64,000 nucleotides of DNA, taken from an uncultured Trueperaceae bacterium. Its GTDB lineage: Bacteria; Deinococcota; Deinococci; Deinococcales; Trueperaceae. Below, piece by piece: positions 61,259 to 64,000 of the stretch (position 1 is the first letter of the stretch; each line of letters begins with the position of its first letter). The notes beneath the pieces were generated by a model. That model saw only the letters and a program-made list of their open reading frames with translations. It searched no databases and was not told the origin of the DNA. The stretch is from contig CAWFFU010000011.1 in assembly GCA_963815215.1 (NCBI GenBank), positions 160,001 to 224,000 of the forward strand. The letters are read 5' to 3'. A program made the position numbers and the translations under genes.

Positions 61259-62268
61259 GGTCCGGCCGCGCACGGCGCGACCTGTTGCCCGCCCTGCTGA
61301 TCGCCGGCGGTGTTCTGTGGCTGCTGGTCCAGATCGGCTTCGTGCCGGTCCGGGTGCTGTCGGCGTTGGCGTTCACCTGGCCGCTGCTGCTGATCGGCGT
61401 GGGCCTCGACCTGCTGCGCGTCCGGCGCCCCTGGGCGCTGCCCTACACCGGGCTCGCGGCGGTCGTGGTGGTGCTGGCGGCGCTCGTCGTCCCCGCCGGC
61501 AGCGCGGGGCCGCAGGCAACCACCTTCCACGCTCCGGTGGGGGCGGCGCGGAGCGCCACCGTGCGCCTCGAGCTGTCGAGCGCGCCCACCCGCGTGTCCG
61601 CCGCAACCGACGGCGCCGCACTGCTCGACGCCCAGATCCAGGGCCGGCCGGCCGCTGCCTTCCAGGTGCGCGGCGATCGTGACAAGACCGTGACGGTGCG
61701 CGCGCAGAACCGCGCGCCCTGGCTCGGCTTCGGCACGAGTCGTTGGCAACTCGCGCTGGGACGCAGCCTCCCGCTCGACCTGACCGTCGAGGGCGGTTCG
61801 GGCAGCGCCACGCTCGATCTCGACGGCCTGCAACTCAGTGGCCTGCGGGCCGACGTGGGTTCCGGCTCGATGACCCTGGCCCTGCCCGGCCAGGTCGATC
61901 GCTACCGCGCCAGCATCGACGGCGGCAGCGGTGCAACACGCGTCACCGTCGCCGCCGGCGCGTCGCTCGATCTGGCGCTCGACCTGGGATCGGGCCCGAC
62001 CGATCTCGCCCTACCGCCCGGCGGGCGCTCGAGCGTGACCCTTCGCGCCGGTAGCGGCCCGGTCACCATCGACGTTCCCGAGACTGCGGCGGTGCGCCTC
62101 GAGGTCCGCGACGACGGGTCCGGTCCGCTCCGGGTAGCGCCCTTCCTGACGAGACAGAGCGGCTCGGGCGACACCGGAGTCTGGGAATCGGCGGCCGGCG
62201 CGGGTCCCGGCGGCGAGATCGCGATCACGGTGATGGGCGCCGGATCGGGCAGCCTCACGATCCGCTGA
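61255..62268 (+). CDS. LiaF-like TM domain plus beta-repeat (adhesin-like) domain protein
   Basis: WPLLLIGVGLDLL then repeated GSG...L.L units. Confidence 0.65.
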   Translation: MRSGRARRDLLPALLIAGGVLWLLVQIGFVPVRVLSALAFTWPLLLIGVGLDLLRVRRPWALPYTGLAAVVVVLAALVVPAGSAGPQATTFHAPVGAARSATVRLELSSAPTRVSAATDGAALLDAQIQGRPAAAFQVRGDRDKTVTVRAQNRAPWLGFGTSRWQLALGRSLPLDLTVEGGSGSATLDLDGLQLSGLRADVGSGSMTLALPGQVDRYRASIDGGSGATRVTVAAGASLDLALDLGSGPTDLALPPGGRSSVTLRAGSGPVTIDVPETAAVRLEVRDDGSGPLRVAPFLTRQSGSGDTGVWESAAGAGPGGEIAITVMGAGSGSLTIR

Positions 62269-62297
62269 GGGAGGCGGGCGGCGGTATGCTGCCCGCC

Positions 62298-63347
62298 ATG
62301 ACACTCGACCTCTCCTTCCTCCGGGAGCTGACCTCCGCGGCCGGCACGTCGGGCTTCGAGGCGCGCCCCGCCGCGGTCTGGCGTTCGCACGCCGAGGCGG
62401 CCGGCGCCCAGCTCGCGACCGACGCCTACGGCAGCGTCTTCGCCACCTTCCGGCCCGGCGGGAAGCCGCGCGTGATGCTCGCCGGGCACATCGACGAGAT
62501 AGGGCTCATCGTCAGCTACGTCGACGACAACGGCTTCCTCTACGTGCGTCCGGTCGGCGGCTGGGACCCGATGCAGCTCATCGGGCAGCGCGTCCGCGTG
62601 CTCGGGCACGCCGGCGACGTGCTCGGGCTGGTCGGCAAGAAGGCCATCCACCTGATGAGTGCCGACGATCGACGCAAGGTGCCCAGCATGGACGACCTGT
62701 GGATCGATATCGGTGCGACCTCCCGCGAGGAGGCCGCGGCCCACGTGCGAGCGGGCGACACCGCGGTCATCGAGCAGCCGTTCCTGGAGCTGCTCAACGG
62801 CCGGGTGGCGAGCCGCGCCATCGACGATCGCATCGGCGCCTACGTGGCGTTGGAGGCGGCCCGCCGCGCCGGCGGCTCGGCCGAGGTGGTCGCAGTGGCG
62901 ACCGTGCAGGAGGAGATCGGAGGGGTGGGCGCGCGGGCCGCGGCATTCGCGCTCGAGCCCGATGTCGCCATCGCCATCGACGTCACGCACGCCATCGACA
63001 CGCCCGGTCTGGAGAAGAAGCTGCACGGAGACGTAACGCTGGGCGGCGGCCCGGTGCTGACCGCCGGTTCCTACGTGCACCGCCGCGTGATGGAGGGCCT
63101 GCGCGCCACCGCCGAGCGCGAGTCGATCCCCGTGAGCATCGGGGTCTCGCCGCGACGCACCGCCACCGACGCCGATCACATCGCTCCGACGCGGGCGGGT
63201 ACGCCCAGCGCCGTGGTTTCGATCCCCAACCGCTACATGCACTCCCCCAACGAGATCGTCGACCTGGCAGACGTGGAACGCACCATCGAGCTGCTCGCCG
63301 CCTTCATCGGCAGCCTCGACGAGGACACGCGCTTCCTGCACGATTGA
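62298..63347 (+). CDS. M42 family aminopeptidase
   Basis: GHIDEIG, DDRIG, QEEIG, IDVTH, RYMHSP. Confidence 0.92.
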   Translation: MTLDLSFLRELTSAAGTSGFEARPAAVWRSHAEAAGAQLATDAYGSVFATFRPGGKPRVMLAGHIDEIGLIVSYVDDNGFLYVRPVGGWDPMQLIGQRVRVLGHAGDVLGLVGKKAIHLMSADDRRKVPSMDDLWIDIGATSREEAAAHVRAGDTAVIEQPFLELLNGRVASRAIDDRIGAYVALEAARRAGGSAEVVAVATVQEEIGGVGARAAAFALEPDVAIAIDVTHAIDTPGLEKKLHGDVTLGGGPVLTAGSYVHRRVMEGLRATAERESIPVSIGVSPRRTATDADHIAPTRAGTPSAVVSIPNRYMHSPNEIVDLADVERTIELLAAFIGSLDEDTRFLHD

Positions 63348-63364
63348 CCCGGCGCGGCGGGCGC

Positions 63365-63859
63365 TCAGCGGCCACCCTCGAAGCCGACCTTCTCCCAGGT
63401 CAGGTAGAGGGCGGCCGCCACCGCCGCCGACAGGTTGAGCGAGCGCGTTCCCGGCCGCATCGGCAGGCGCAGTGGCGTGGTCTCGTCGAGCACGGCCTCG
63501 GGCAGGCCGCGCGACTCCGGCCCGAAGAGCAGCAGCAGGTCGCCCGGCGAGGCCGCCGCCCGCGCCAGTGCATCGGACCCCGCCGGCCCGCCCCCGGACG
63601 GGCCCCGTGTCGAGAGCGCGAGCACGCGGCCCCGCTCGAACAGCGGGGCGAGGTCGGCCCGGAACGCCGGGTAGCCGGCGTGCACCCGGACGTCCACCCG
63701 TTCCCAGTAGTCCATGCCGGCGCGCCGCAGCGCGCCGGCGTCGAGGCGGAAGCCGAGCGGGCGGATGAGGTGGAGAGCGCTCCCGACCGCCAGGCAGGTG
63801 CGCGCGATCTGGCCGGTGTTCCCGGCGATCTCGGGCTCGAGCAGCGCCACGTGCAGCAC
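63365..63859 (-). CDS. trmL: tRNA (cytidine/uridine-34 2'-O)-methyltransferase
   Basis: PEIAGNTGQIAR, LIRPLGF, RRAGMDYW, FGPESRGLP, RSLNLS. Confidence 0.92.
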   Translation of the reverse strand: MLHVALLEPEIAGNTGQIARTCLAVGSALHLIRPLGFRLDAGALRRAGMDYWERVDVRVHAGYPAFRADLAPLFERGRVLALSTRGPSGGGPAGSDALARAAASPGDLLLLFGPESRGLPEAVLDETTPLRLPMRPGTRSLNLSAAVAAALYLTWEKVGFEGGR

Positions 63860-63929
63860 GGCGCCAGTGTGACATACCGGTGCGCGACCCGGCAGCGCGC
63901 TCAGCAGCCGCTACACTGACGCCAGGACC

Positions 63930-64000
63930 ATGCGGCTCATCGTCACCCACGAGCAACCCGATTTCGATGCCCTGGCCAGCCTGGCCCTGGCGGGGCTGCT
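63930..64000 (+). CDS. N-terminus of DHH-domain protein (probably CBS/tRNA nucleotidyltransferase), partial
   Basis: MRLIVTHEQPDFDALASL. Confidence 0.6.
   Translation, partial: MRLIVTHEQPDFDALASLALAGL

Overview
High-GC bacterial chromosome segment, most likely Deinococcota (Trueperaceae-like). This is inferred from gene content and from the many leaderless genes with a TANNNT -10 box 5-7 nt before the start codon. Housekeeping flanks (glmM on the left; tRNA-Ser/Ser/Arg operon, trmJ-like, rpsT, DEAD-box helicase, pilC, nth, ypdA, trmL on the right) surround a ~31.8 kb integrative island. The island is inserted in the 3' end of tRNA-Arg(ACG) and bounded by a perfect 45-bp direct repeat (9493-9537 and 41322-41366). 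It carries an int/XRE/xis module, a second atypical tyrosine recombinase with a res-like site, and an HTH-dead-S24-RHH-RHH regulator. Its defence cargo is a SIR2-STAND-TPR-cold-shock (Avs5-like) protein, a frameshifted type I R-M locus with a GIY-YIG/DUF4357 gene, and a TIR-like protein. It also has a quinone/catechol-detoxification cluster. A decayed integrase just left of the island points to an older tandem element. The most striking observation is an island-borne tRNA gene (37346-37436) with a serine-type body (G73, G-C/G-C/A-U acceptor top, Ser-type D-arm and long variable arm, A37) but a leucine anticodon, AAG. It is a candidate Leu(CUU)->Ser mistranslating or decoy tRNA, placed between a TIR-like gene and a membrane-protein gene. 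Scattered single-base frameshifts show the assembly has indel errors, so single-base claims need read-level confirmation. All calls are by-eye motif recognition, not database hits.
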